Sequence record: SRR2962707_792
Strand: one strand, 5' to 3'
Length of the DNA stretch: 62,375 nt
Part shown: positions 17,738-27,924 of the stretch, one piece after another
How positions within the stretch are numbered: position 1 is the stretch's first letter
How the letters are laid out: each line of letters begins with the position of its first letter
The notes under the pieces: model-generated
The model's database searches: none
Seen by the model: the letters and a program-made list of their open reading frames with translations, nothing else
Told to the model about the DNA's origin: nothing
Position numbers and translations under genes: made by a program

Positions 17738-19293
17738 TAGGTAGCCCCTTGAAGAATATCTGCTCTTAGCGCAACGGCTTGATCCAAAGTGATAAAGGTT
17801 CTGTCCGCGCATGCGGGGTCAGCGTCGGGGAAGTCATCGCGATAATGCCCACCTCTGCTCTCTTCGCGCTCAAGCGCGGCCGAGGCGATCAACGTGGCTG
17901 TTGCGGTCATGTTCAGGAACGACACACTGCCTTTTTGCGCCTGTTCAAGACGCGCGATGATTTCAAGCGCTGTTCGCAAACCAGCGGCGGTCCTGCGCAC
18001 CCCGACGTGGGTGGTCATCGTATCCCGCAACTCTTGCAGCGCGGTCGGATCGACAAGGTCCTGACCGTTAGGGAAGGTTAACTTCACGACGTCTAACACT
18101 CTGCTATCGTTGGTTTTAGCAATGTCTTGCGCGGCGTTCCGAGCATAGACTAGGGCCTCTAACAACCCGTTTGATGCAAGGCGGTTCGCGCCGTGAAGGC
18201 CGGTCGAAGACGCCTCACCACAGACCCAAAGATTGCCCAGTGACGCCCTACCGTCATCGTCGATCGCGATGCCTCCCATATGGTAATGCGCGGCGACAGC
18301 AACGGGGATCGCCTCAAGAACAGGGTCGATACCTGCCCGAGCGCAGGTTTCGGCCACAGACGGAAATTTCGTCAAAACGTCCGCGCCGAGACACGCGCGG
18401 GTGTCCAGCATAGGGCGCATACCGGTTTGGGACTGTTCGAAAATGGCACGTGCGACGATGTCACGTGGCGCCAGTTCGGCGTCCGGATGCACAGAGAGCA
18501 TGAACCGCTCTTCGTGTTTGTTGATCAGTGTCGCACCTTCACCGCGCAACGCTTCTGTGGCCAAAGGCGCGGGGTCTTCGCCAATGTCAAAAGCCGTTGG
18601 GTGGAATTGAACAAACTCAGGATCGGCAATCAACGCGCCTGCGCGTGCCGCCATGCCGATGACCTGCCCGCGAATACGCGGTGGGTTGGTCGTATGGGCA
18701 TAAAGCCCCGAAGATCCGCCACCAGCCAATAGAACTGCAGGGCAGCTAATTTGTGTTTTACCGGTTTGTGCCCGGCTGCTTGTGATCCACACACCCGTGA
18801 CCTGACCATCAACAACTTCAAGATCCGTGGCCAACGCCCCTTCGATAATCTGGATGGAGGGTGTTACACGGGCCGCTTTTATCAGCGTTTCCATGATCTT
18901 GCGCCCGGCCTGATCACCTTGTACGCGAACGACACGCGCCGAGGAATGGGCGGCTTCGCGGCTCATAACGTATCCGCCGTCTTCGGCACGATCAAAAGGA
19001 ATTCCAAGATCTGTCAGCGCAAGGATATGCTCTCGGGCCACCCCGGTCACCATATTGGCGATCGGTTGGTCGACGGTACCCGCTCCGGCGCGGATCGTAT
19101 CCTTGGCATGCGCGTCAGCACTGTCATTCTGGCTCATGGCGGCGGCGACACCCCCTTGGGCCCAAGCCGAGCTTGCCCCTTCGCCGATTGGGTCAGGCGA
19201 GATCATCAAGACAGGGCGAGGCGCCAGTTCCAGCGCGGCGTAAAGAGCGCCAAGGCCGGCGCCCACGATGACAATTCGATCAGTCTTGATCAA
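17737..19293 (-). CDS. nadB: L-aspartate oxidase
   Basis: GAGLGAL, AQGG, QFHPT, AHYHMGG, HGANRLASN, ESRGGH; probable TTG start. Confidence 0.95.
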   Translation of the reverse strand: MIKTDRIVIVGAGLGALYAALELAPRPVLMISPDPIGEGASSAWAQGGVAAAMSQNDSADAHAKDTIRAGAGTVDQPIANMVTGVAREHILALTDLGIPFDRAEDGGYVMSREAAHSSARVVRVQGDQAGRKIMETLIKAARVTPSIQIIEGALATDLEVVDGQVTGVWITSSRAQTGKTQISCPAVLLAGGGSSGLYAHTTNPPRIRGQVIGMAARAGALIADPEFVQFHPTAFDIGEDPAPLATEALRGEGATLINKHEERFMLSVHPDAELAPRDIVARAIFEQSQTGMRPMLDTRACLGADVLTKFPSVAETCARAGIDPVLEAIPVAVAAHYHMGGIAIDDDGRASLGNLWVCGEASSTGLHGANRLASNGLLEALVYARNAAQDIAKTNDSRVLDVVKLTFPNGQDLVDPTALQELRDTMTTHVGVRRTAAGLRTALEIIARLEQAQKGSVSFLNMTATATLIASAALEREESRGGHYRDDFPDADPACADRTFITLDQAVALRADILQGAT

Positions 19294-19295
19294 TT

Positions 19296-20348
19296 TTAAA
19301 TTCCCAAAGACCGACTGAGATCGATCATTTTTTGCACCGACAACCGGGCCTTTTCTGCGACGGCTTCGTCGACATGGACTTCGCCAGACATCGTGTGCAG
19401 GGTCCAGAGAACTTTTTCCAACGTGATTTTCTTCATGTACGGGCACATGTTGCAGGGGCCGACAAAATCGACGTTTGGATGGGCGTCGGAAATATTCGAC
19501 GCCATAGAGCATTCCGTAACCAGCATGGCCTTGGCGGGTTGCTCGTCTTCGACATATTTGATGATGCCGGACGTTGAACCGCTGAAATCGGCCTCATCAA
19601 CCACATCTGGCGGGCATTCCGGGTGGGCGATGATGGTTGTGTCTGGATTATGGCTCCGGAAATCTTTGAGATCCTGCGCGGTAAAGCGTTCGTGCACGAT
19701 GCAAGAGCCTTCCCACCAAACAACATTCTTCTGAGGCACGTCACGCGCAACGTTCTGAGCCAAGTATTGATCCGGCGTCATAATCACCGTGTGGCTGTCC
19801 ATGGCAGCGACGATTTGCGCGGCGTTGGAAGATGTACAACAAATATCAGAAGCGGCTTTGACCTCGGCGGTTGTGTTCACATAGGTCACAACAGGTGCGC
19901 CGGGGTATTTGGCCCGCATCTCAGCGATCCCTTCGGCAGTGATGCTTTCGGCCAGTGAACAGCCGGCATCCATGTCAGGGATAAGAACGGTTTTGGACGG
20001 GTTCAGAACTTTTGACGTTTCGGCCATAAAGTGCACGCCGCACTGGACGATCACGTCCGCTTCGACCTCGGTCGCCTTGATCGCAAGTTGCAGACTGTCA
20101 CCGACAAAGTCAGAGACGCCGTGATAAATGTCAGGCGTCATGTAGTTGTGGGCCAGAATGACGGCATTGCGCTCGGCCTTAAGCTTCTCAATGGCCGCCA
20201 CATAAGGCGCGTGCATCGCCCAATCAAACGGGGTGACGACCTGCGACATCGACGCGTATTTGTCTGACATCGAGTCCGCGAGGGCTTGATTTGGGGCAAG
20301 ATCGTAAGTTTCGGCCAGTTTCTGGCGCATGACATTGATATCTATCAT
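19296..20348 (-). CDS. nadA: Quinolinate synthase
   Basis: LAHNY, CGVHFMAE, CIVH, AHPEC, CPYM. Confidence 0.96.
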   Translation of the reverse strand: MIDINVMRQKLAETYDLAPNQALADSMSDKYASMSQVVTPFDWAMHAPYVAAIEKLKAERNAVILAHNYMTPDIYHGVSDFVGDSLQLAIKATEVEADVIVQCGVHFMAETSKVLNPSKTVLIPDMDAGCSLAESITAEGIAEMRAKYPGAPVVTYVNTTAEVKAASDICCTSSNAAQIVAAMDSHTVIMTPDQYLAQNVARDVPQKNVVWWEGSCIVHERFTAQDLKDFRSHNPDTTIIAHPECPPDVVDEADFSGSTSGIIKYVEDEQPAKAMLVTECSMASNISDAHPNVDFVGPCNMCPYMKKITLEKVLWTLHTMSGEVHVDEAVAEKARLSVQKMIDLSRSLGI

Positions 20349-20586
20349 AGGTCTTCCTAAGCGATTTTGTTCCAAGTCAACGATTGGCGCGCCTTGTTTC
20401 ATGTCACAGCCCAGCAATCAAGTGTCGTGACGTCAATGTTGGGTGTCTTGTTCTGAGCGATGAAGGATTTCGTGCGAACATTAACGGTGTTTGGGGAAAA
20501 ACATCGGCAAATTCAGAGACAGCTCTTGCAGCGCAGACTCCAGTTGTTTAGCGACCACGTTTCTTTGTGACTTCAGGATATACGTC

Positions 20587-21846
20587 ATGTCTTTTCGAAC
20601 ACTAGCCATCGATTTTGGGACCTCGAATTCTGCGGCCGCGGTATATGATGGCAACGCGGCACGACGCATTCCAATTGAGCAGGGGGAAGAAACGCTGCCA
20701 ACGGCGATTTTCTTTCCGGCTGAAGGCGGCAAGATGCGCATTGGTACCGCTGCGACCAAAGCCCTGATCAATGGCGAAGAGGGGCGTTTTATGCGGGCGC
20801 TCAAAAGTGTCTTGGGCACGCCCTTGTTTCATGAATCCAGACGCATTGGCGGTAAACGTCAGACCTTGGCTGATGTTGTATCGACCTTTTTGACCATTCT
20901 GAAGCAACGTGCAGAAAGCCAGACGGGCCTTCAATTTGAAACAGCTTTGTCCGGCAGGCCCGTGCATTTTCATTCCGCTGATCCGGAACGCGATGTCCAA
21001 GCAGAGGCTGACCTGAGGGCGTGCTACCTGCAAGCGGGTTTCAAGGACGTGTCCTTCATGTTTGAGCCGGAAGCCGCTGCCTTGGCCAGCCATGGGTTAA
21101 GCCAATCCGGAGACACGGGTCTGATTGTCGATATCGGCGGAGGGACATCCGATTTTTCTGTGTTTCGTTCGGAACCAGACGGTGTGAAAATCCTTGGCAG
21201 CCACGGGATCCGTTTGGGTGGCACCGATTTTGACCATGCCGTTTCGATGGCCCATGCGATGCCGTTGTTGGGGCATGGTGGACAGCTGCGACGTACATTT
21301 GGCGAGGGTCTTCTACCCGTTCCAACGGCGATTTTTGTCGAACTCTCAACCTGGGCCAAAATCCCCTTTTTATATAATCGGGATACGCGGCGTTCGGTCG
21401 AAGAAATGCTTAAGTTGTCGACCGAGCCTAAGGTTCTGGGACGGTTAGATACCGTGCTGGAGGATGAGCTTGGCCATGAACTGGCTTTTGCCGTTGAAAA
21501 GGGCAAGATCCAGGCCAATCTGGGACAGGAAGAAGCTGTCATCAACATGCGCTATATTGAGCGCGGGCTGACAACACCGATTAGTTCTGATTCATTAGAT
21601 GGCGCTCTGTCCGAATATCGCACTCGTCTTCGGGAGGCGATGGTCGAGACCCTGAAAATCGCCAGTGTTGATGTAGGACAGATTTCCTCGGTGGTCTTGG
21701 TCGGTGGTTCAAGTTTGATGAACATGATCTCGACTGAAGCGCGCAACTTTTGTCCGGAGGCCCGTCAGCTGCGGTCCGAAGCCTTTACGGCGGTGGTCGA
21801 TGGTCTGGCACTTGCGGCTGGTCTGGCCAGCCGCAAAGCCGCGTAA
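20587..21846 (+). CDS. Hsp70-family ATPase (YegD-like)
   Basis: IDFGTSNS, EPEAAA, DIGGGTSD, GGTDFD, VGGSS; no substrate-binding domain. Confidence 0.9.
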   Translation: MSFRTLAIDFGTSNSAAAVYDGNAARRIPIEQGEETLPTAIFFPAEGGKMRIGTAATKALINGEEGRFMRALKSVLGTPLFHESRRIGGKRQTLADVVSTFLTILKQRAESQTGLQFETALSGRPVHFHSADPERDVQAEADLRACYLQAGFKDVSFMFEPEAAALASHGLSQSGDTGLIVDIGGGTSDFSVFRSEPDGVKILGSHGIRLGGTDFDHAVSMAHAMPLLGHGGQLRRTFGEGLLPVPTAIFVELSTWAKIPFLYNRDTRRSVEEMLKLSTEPKVLGRLDTVLEDELGHELAFAVEKGKIQANLGQEEAVINMRYIERGLTTPISSDSLDGALSEYRTRLREAMVETLKIASVDVGQISSVVLVGGSSLMNMISTEARNFCPEARQLRSEAFTAVVDGLALAAGLASRKAA

Positions 21847-21851
21847 AGACG

Positions 21852-22871
21852 TTATCCTGCGTACATTTTGGCGTCTGCCAGTTTTGAACTGGCGGCCGTC
21901 GTAAGTTCTACGACGACATTCCCCTTTTTGCGGCGACTGTCCACATGGCGGTGGGCATCAACGATGGCCTCAAAGGGATAACACCTGTCGATCGTTGGGC
22001 GCAGAAAACCTTGCTCTGCCAAGTCAACGACCTTTTGCAAGATTTCAGGGGCTTCGCTTGCCACGCCGCCGATGAATTTATGACCGGAACGCTGGGCCTT
22101 TAAAGGACCGAAAATCATGTCTGACAGGCCGCCCGCAATCATGACAAACCGGCCATTGGGTGCTAGAGCCTGTTTCGACCGCGAGAAGGGTGCATTGCCG
22201 ACCGTATCAACAATGATGTCATACTTATGGGTGCCCTCGGCGAAATCCGTCTGAGTGTAGTCGATCACATTCTGGGCCCCCAGGGATTTTGCCAAGTCGA
22301 TATTTGCAGAGCTGCACACCGCTGTCACCTTGGCCCCAAAATGATTGGCGAGTTGAACGCCGGCGGCGCCGGTCGCGCCGGTTGCCCCATTGATCAAGAT
22401 CGTCTCACCCGATTGCACTTTGGCTTTGTTGATCAAATAATCATAGGCGGTCATGGACCCAAAGGGCAAAGCTGTGGCTTCAGAAAAACTAAGGTTTTCC
22501 GGCTTTTTCACAATCGCACTGTCCGCAGGCACACTGACGTACTCTGCATGAGCCCCCATTTTCCCGCCGGGAAAAGCGATGACCGCATCTCCTGGTTCAA
22601 ACTGTGTAACTGCGGACCCGACAGCTTCGACGACACCCGACAGCTCTGTGCCCAGAATGGGTTTGCGAGGCTTGGACAGGCCGAACATCAAGCGCCCCAT
22701 CCAGCCCATGCCCTTGGGCAATTCCAGCGATCGAACGCGCCAATCGCCGGCGCTTACTGTGGTGGCGTAGACATTGATCAAGACTTCGTTTGCTTTCGGC
22801 GTCGGCTGGGGCAGGTCGACCAGTCTTACAACAGACGGATCGCCATATTCGGTGTAAACGGCGGCTTTCAT
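21852..22871 (-). CDS. NAD(P)-dependent MDR-family oxidoreductase
   Basis: ILGTELSGVVEAVG, NGATGATG, VIDY, KKGNVV. Confidence 0.92.
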   Translation of the reverse strand: MKAAVYTEYGDPSVVRLVDLPQPTPKANEVLINVYATTVSAGDWRVRSLELPKGMGWMGRLMFGLSKPRKPILGTELSGVVEAVGSAVTQFEPGDAVIAFPGGKMGAHAEYVSVPADSAIVKKPENLSFSEATALPFGSMTAYDYLINKAKVQSGETILINGATGATGAAGVQLANHFGAKVTAVCSSANIDLAKSLGAQNVIDYTQTDFAEGTHKYDIIVDTVGNAPFSRSKQALAPNGRFVMIAGGLSDMIFGPLKAQRSGHKFIGGVASEAPEILQKVVDLAEQGFLRPTIDRCYPFEAIVDAHRHVDSRRKKGNVVVELTTAASSKLADAKMYAG

Positions 22872-23614
22872 GCTGACGTTCCTTCAATGGAATGGAGTTG
22901 TGAAATTGAGGAGCGGGGGGCTGACGTCGCAGGTTTTGTGCCCTTGATCAGCAGCCACAGCCCAAAGCTGATTTCGGAAAGCGTGACGATGGTTAACAAA
23001 CCAATGATTCCAACGTTCATGACTTGGTTTTCGAATAGTGTGAGCTCTGCAATACCTTGGAGTGTGTATCCAAAAGCACCGATCGCCAATCCCCAACCTA
23101 ACAGTTTGGGGACAAGTTTGCTTCGGACGATGAGCCAACCCAAAGCGACCAAATGCAAACCAAAGAACAATTGCCAGACAAAAACACCAACGGCCCGGGC
23201 TTCGAACATCGTCATGACAAAATCTTGGGCGTGCGATGGATCACTAAGCGCCATCGCGGCACTTGCGGCTAAGACACTCAGCATGAGGTTAACCGCCATG
23301 ACCAAAACCATTCCAATACGAGAGAGGGCAGCCGCCATCGATAAGGTCGGACCGTAGGATCGGAACAGGGTATAAAGAATGGCCGTCAGGCAGATTTCAA
23401 ACAGGATCAAAGCAATGTCTGCCAGAATTCCCAGGCGAAAAAGCCCTGAGTGCGCGGCAAGGTTTGTGGTGGTCGCCAGGGCATCTCCTTCGACGACGAT
23501 GACAGAGGGGACATAGGCAATACTGAACGCGCCAGAGACCGCAATGGCCAGGTAGAGCGCCCCAGCCAGTCGCGAAAGCGTCGCGGGTGTGGCGTCAAAC
23601 TTGTTGAGTGACAT
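22868..23614 (-). CDS. DUF4386 membrane protein
   Basis: RLAGALYL, FFGLHL, EISFGLWLLIKG. Confidence 0.85.
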   Translation of the reverse strand: MSLNKFDATPATLSRLAGALYLAIAVSGAFSIAYVPSVIVVEGDALATTTNLAAHSGLFRLGILADIALILFEICLTAILYTLFRSYGPTLSMAAALSRIGMVLVMAVNLMLSVLAASAAMALSDPSHAQDFVMTMFEARAVGVFVWQLFFGLHLVALGWLIVRSKLVPKLLGWGLAIGAFGYTLQGIAELTLFENQVMNVGIIGLLTIVTLSEISFGLWLLIKGTKPATSAPRSSISQLHSIEGTSA

Positions 23615-23785
23615 AGTGAGACCTTTCAGTTGGCAAGGCGCATACGGGCTCTTCCGCAGGTGTTCTGCTGGAAAAGGGAAGGGCCCGTAGGGAGCCTCGG
23701 ATGTGTTTCGAATATGGGTGTTGTCTATCCGAGGTCGATATCAATTCAAATTGACTAAATTCCTTAGATTGATATGCATATCTGC

Positions 23786-24676
23786 ATGGATTGGCGCGCG
23801 GTTAAATTTGATTGGAACAAAGCGCGGGCTTTTTTGGTCACGGCAGAAGAAGGGACGTTGTCTGCTGCGGCCCGTGCTCTTGGTATGGCGCAACCCACAT
23901 TGGGGCGTCAGGTTGACGGATTAGAGCAGGAACTGGGCATCGTCCTTTTTGAGCGCGTCGGGCGCGGTCTAACGCTCACCCCCAGTGGTGTTGAGCTTTT
24001 GGAACATGTGCGTGAGATGGGCGAAGCAGCTGGTCGCGTTTCCATGGCCGCTCTGGGGCAGTCCCAATCGATCGAAGGTACAATCTCGATTTCTGCCAGC
24101 GAAACCTATGCTGCTGTTCTGCTACCGCCAATTCTGGCCAAGCTCCGACTTCTGGAACCCGGAATTCGCATCGAAATTGTTGTGTCAAATACAGCGAGCG
24201 ACTTGCGCCGCCGAGAGGCGGACATTGCCTTGCGCAATTTCCGTCCGACAGAACCGGATCTGATTGCCAAAAAAGTGGCTGATGTCGACGGCTGTCTTTA
24301 TGCGACACAAGACTATCTGGACCGGATCGGAAATCCCACGACGCCATATGAAATGCGAAACGCCGATTTTATCGATCTTGACCACTCGGGCATGCTGATG
24401 AAGGGATTGAACACGTTAGGCCTTAGCCTGACGCCAACCAACTTCCCGATGTTGACCGAAAGTTATCTGGTGATGTGGGAACTTGTGAAAGCCGGAATGG
24501 GTGTTGGCATTCTGGACGCAATGATCGGGGATGCAGAACCGTTGGTGCGACGTGCTCTTCCAGATCTGGAGCCTTTGACCTTTCCGATATGGTTGGTTGC
24601 TCATAGAGAGCTGACCACCAGCCGGCGTATCCGTTTTGTCTATGACATGTTGGCGCAAGAGCTTAAACGACCGTAG
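23786..24676 (+). CDS. LysR-family regulator
   Basis: LysR HTH; DLRRREADIALR. Confidence 0.93.
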   Translation: MDWRAVKFDWNKARAFLVTAEEGTLSAAARALGMAQPTLGRQVDGLEQELGIVLFERVGRGLTLTPSGVELLEHVREMGEAAGRVSMAALGQSQSIEGTISISASETYAAVLLPPILAKLRLLEPGIRIEIVVSNTASDLRRREADIALRNFRPTEPDLIAKKVADVDGCLYATQDYLDRIGNPTTPYEMRNADFIDLDHSGMLMKGLNTLGLSLTPTNFPMLTESYLVMWELVKAGMGVGILDAMIGDAEPLVRRALPDLEPLTFPIWLVAHRELTTSRRIRFVYDMLAQELKRP

Positions 24677-24979
24677 TTTCTCTTTTTCAGCAGAGATAAA
24701 CATCTGATTTGATTGCACAGATTTTCGGCACAACGACAAAAGTGACAAGTTTTCAGATCGGAAAAATACCAGCCAAGGACAATCTGAACGTCCGGAACCG
24801 GAAATCAGAGTCGTTTTCTCTCGAACTTTGGTCGCAATTACGCTCTTGCCTCAAATCGGTTTCCGACAAGTTTCTTAAGTTACCGGGCGTAAGGTTCCCA
24901 TTCCGAACACCACGTGATTTACTGCACCGCATAATTTGGGCCTCAGAAGATGTGCCAATCATAGCTAGGGAGACATTCC

Positions 24980-25918
24980 ATGACTTTTAAACTCAGCCTA
25001 TTCGCGTGCGCACTGACCGCGATGGCAGCCCCTGCATTTGCAGCCGGACATGCAAACTGCAGCGAAGTGACTTTTTCGGACGTTGGCTGGACCGACATCA
25101 CAGCGACAACCGCCGCTGCCACAACAGTACTTGACGCTCTTGGCTATGAAACGGATGTCAAAGTCCTTTCGGTGCCTGTGACATATGTATCGATGGCCGC
25201 TGGCGACATTGACGTGTTCCTTGGCAACTGGATGCCAACCATGGAAGGCGATATCGCCAAGTACCGCGAAGAAGGTACAGTTGACACCGTTCGTGCGAAT
25301 TTGATGGGTGCAAAATATACGCTGGCCACAAACGCGGCGGGCGCGGCGATGGGCATTACAGATTTCAGCAATATCGCGGCGCAAATGGATGCGTTGGATG
25401 GCAAAATCTTCGGTATCGAACCTGGCAACGATGGCAACCGCTTGATCCAAGACATGATCGATTCCGGTGCATTTGGTCTGACCGGTTTCGAAGTTGCGGA
25501 AAGTTCGGAGCAGGGCATGCTGGCCCAGGTTGACCGCGCATCCCGTCGTGACGAGCCTGTTGTCTTCTTGGGTTGGGAGCCACACCCCATGAATGCCAAC
25601 TTTGATCTGACCTACCTCACCGGTGGTGACGATTACTTTGGTCCGGATCTGGGTGGCGCGACGGTTTATACCAACACATCCGCCGGATATGTCGAGGCAT
25701 GCCCAAATGTCGGTCAGCTTCTCATGAACATGGAATTCTCCTTGGCCATGGAAAACGAGATCATGGGCGCAATCCTGAATGACGGCGAAGAGCCAAACGA
25801 TGCCGCCGCTGCGTGGCTCAAGGCGAATGCTGCGGTTCTCGAAGGTTGGCTGGACGGCGTGACCACCATGGACGGTGGCGATGGCATGGCGGCTGTCAAA
25901 GGCGCGCTGGGCCTGTAA
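24980..25918 (+). CDS. choX: Choline ABC transporter substrate-binding protein
   Basis: FSDVGWTD, GNWMPTM, GIEPGNDGN, GWEPHPMN. Confidence 0.93.
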   Translation: MTFKLSLFACALTAMAAPAFAAGHANCSEVTFSDVGWTDITATTAAATTVLDALGYETDVKVLSVPVTYVSMAAGDIDVFLGNWMPTMEGDIAKYREEGTVDTVRANLMGAKYTLATNAAGAAMGITDFSNIAAQMDALDGKIFGIEPGNDGNRLIQDMIDSGAFGLTGFEVAESSEQGMLAQVDRASRRDEPVVFLGWEPHPMNANFDLTYLTGGDDYFGPDLGGATVYTNTSAGYVEACPNVGQLLMNMEFSLAMENEIMGAILNDGEEPNDAAAAWLKANAAVLEGWLDGVTTMDGGDGMAAVKGALGL

Positions 25919-25924
25919 TCTGAA

Positions 25925-25951
25925 AAAGGGCCGCGCCAGTCGCGGCCCTTT
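25925..25951 (+). terminator. Stem-loop between SBP and permease
   Basis: AAAGGGCCGCG-N5-CGCGGCCCTTT perfect 11-bp stem. Confidence 0.65.
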
Positions 25952-26065
25952 CCAATTCCGGCAGTTTAATTGAATTGTTGCGAGCTTTTTTCTGGGTCAG
26001 CCCCTTTCACGGCTGGTTTCAACCGGCGCGCTGGCGACCCAGAGACGTAAATTAAAAGGACAGAC

Positions 26066-26899
26066 ATGGATTGGCTGACTGACACCAAAATACCGGTCGG
26101 CAAGACCGCCGGAGCATTGTTTGATTGGCTTCAGGATCACGGGAGATGGTTCTTTGACGGCATCTCTGTGGCGATGGAAGCTTTGATCGACGGTATTCTC
26201 GCGGTTCTTGAATTTCCACACCCCTTGATCATGGTTGCAATCTTTACCGCCATCTCTTTTGGGCTGCAGCGGAACTGGAAAATCGCTCTGTTTACCGCCA
26301 TTGGCTTTCTGTTCATCGTTAACCAAGGATATTGGGACGAAACACTGGAAAGCCTGACACTGGTTCTTTCGGCGTGTGTCGTCTGCATGGGGGTTGGTGT
26401 TCCAATTGGCATCGCTGCCGCACACCGACCGAAGCTGTTTACCGCCATGCGCCCGGTTTTGGACCTGATGCAAACATTGCCTGCGTTTGTGTACCTAATC
26501 CCGGCGATTGTGTTCTTTGGAATTGGCATGGTCCCCGGACTTTTGGCGACGGTGATCTTTGTTGTGCCCGCGCCCATTCGTCTGACCCATTTGGGCGTGT
26601 CTTCGACGCCAACCCATCTGCTGGAAGCCGCTCGGGCGTTTGGCGCAACGCCAAGCCAGACATTGTGGAAGGTCGAGCTTCCTTACGCCTTGCCGCAGAT
26701 TATGGCGGGCTTGAACCAAACTATCATGCTTTCGCTTTCGATGGTGGTTATCGCCGCGTTGGTGGGGGCAGACGGTCTGGGTGTCCCAGTTGTTCGTGCC
26801 CTGAACCAAGTGAACACAGCGCTGGGCTTTGAATCCGGCTTCGTGATCGTCGTCTTGGCGATCATTTTAGACAGAATGCTGCGGGTGGATCGCAAATGA
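26066..26899 (+). CDS. choW: Choline ABC transporter permease
   Basis: LDLMQTLPAFVYLIP, EAA motif, VELP.A.PQIMAG. Confidence 0.93.
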   Translation: MDWLTDTKIPVGKTAGALFDWLQDHGRWFFDGISVAMEALIDGILAVLEFPHPLIMVAIFTAISFGLQRNWKIALFTAIGFLFIVNQGYWDETLESLTLVLSACVVCMGVGVPIGIAAAHRPKLFTAMRPVLDLMQTLPAFVYLIPAIVFFGIGMVPGLLATVIFVVPAPIRLTHLGVSSTPTHLLEAARAFGATPSQTLWKVELPYALPQIMAGLNQTIMLSLSMVVIAALVGADGLGVPVVRALNQVNTALGFESGFVIVVLAIILDRMLRVDRK

Positions 26900-27924
26900 G
26901 TATTGCAGTCGATATAGACAACGTCAGCATTGTTTTTGGCGACACGCCGAAAGAAGCGCTTCCTTTGATGGACGCGGGTCAGGACCGTGCCGAAATCCAG
27001 CAGGAAACCGGTCAAATTCTTGGGGTTCACAACTGCTCTTTGACGGTCAAAGAAGGTGAGATCCTTGTTTTGATGGGGCTGTCCGGGTCAGGGAAATCGA
27101 CCTTGCTGCGCGCCGTCAATGGGCTGAACCCGGTTATTCGTGGCTGCGTCCGGGTGAATGACGGAACCGAAATGGTAGACGTTACCGCAGCGGATCCTGC
27201 AACACTTCGCCGTATGCGGCTTAGCCGAATTTCCATGGTTTTCCAACAGTTTGGACTTCTGCCGTGGCGTACTGTGCGCGATAATACCGGGCTGGGCCTT
27301 GAAGTGGGCGGTATGTCCAAGGCCGAGCGTATCCAGCATGTGGACAAACAGCTGGAGCTGGTTGGGCTAAGTGATTGGGCCGATCGGAAGGTCGGAGAGC
27401 TTTCGGGTGGTATGCAGCAGCGAGTCGGCTTGGCGCGTGCCTTTGTGACCCAAGCGCCTTTGTTGTTGATGGATGAGCCGTTTTCGGCGCTTGATCCTTT
27501 GATCCGAGCGCGGCTGCAAGATGAACTTCTTGATCTGCAACGAAATCTCAAGCGGACCATCTTGTTTGTCAGTCACGATCTGGACGAAGCCTTCAAGATC
27601 GGGGATCGGATCGCGATTATGGAAGGTGGCCGGATTGTGCAATGCGGCACCCCTCAGGAAATCTTTTCGGCCCCCGCAAATGACTATGTGGCTGATTTTG
27701 TGGCGCATATGAACCCATTGGGCGTACTCTGTGCTCGGGATGTTATGGTGCCAGTAACGACGGAAACTCCGGCCATTACCGTTGGACCAGACACAGACAT
27801 TCGCGAAGTCATGACGCGGGTTGGGGATACAGACACCCCAATTGGTGTGATGGAAAACGGCGAAGTAGTGGGCGTGGTTACCAAAGATCGGGTACTGCAA
27901 AAGCTGCTGGATCCGCGGTCATAA
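26896..27924 (+). CDS. choV: Choline ABC transporter ATPase
   Basis: GLSGSGKS, LSGGMQQR, LMDEPFSALD. Confidence 0.93.
   Translation: MSIAVDIDNVSIVFGDTPKEALPLMDAGQDRAEIQQETGQILGVHNCSLTVKEGEILVLMGLSGSGKSTLLRAVNGLNPVIRGCVRVNDGTEMVDVTAADPATLRRMRLSRISMVFQQFGLLPWRTVRDNTGLGLEVGGMSKAERIQHVDKQLELVGLSDWADRKVGELSGGMQQRVGLARAFVTQAPLLLMDEPFSALDPLIRARLQDELLDLQRNLKRTILFVSHDLDEAFKIGDRIAIMEGGRIVQCGTPQEIFSAPANDYVADFVAHMNPLGVLCARDVMVPVTTETPAITVGPDTDIREVMTRVGDTDTPIGVMENGEVVGVVTKDRVLQKLLDPRS

Noticed and set aside
20349-20586. Riboswitch or NadQ/NrtR operator upstream of nadA
   Set aside because: No recognisable palindrome or aptamer found by eye
22227-23357. 376-aa + strand ORF and similar long antisense ORFs (5806-6543, 35881-36720, 55411-56142, 57423-58115)
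   Set aside because: Shadow frames opposite well-supported genes, with no motifs
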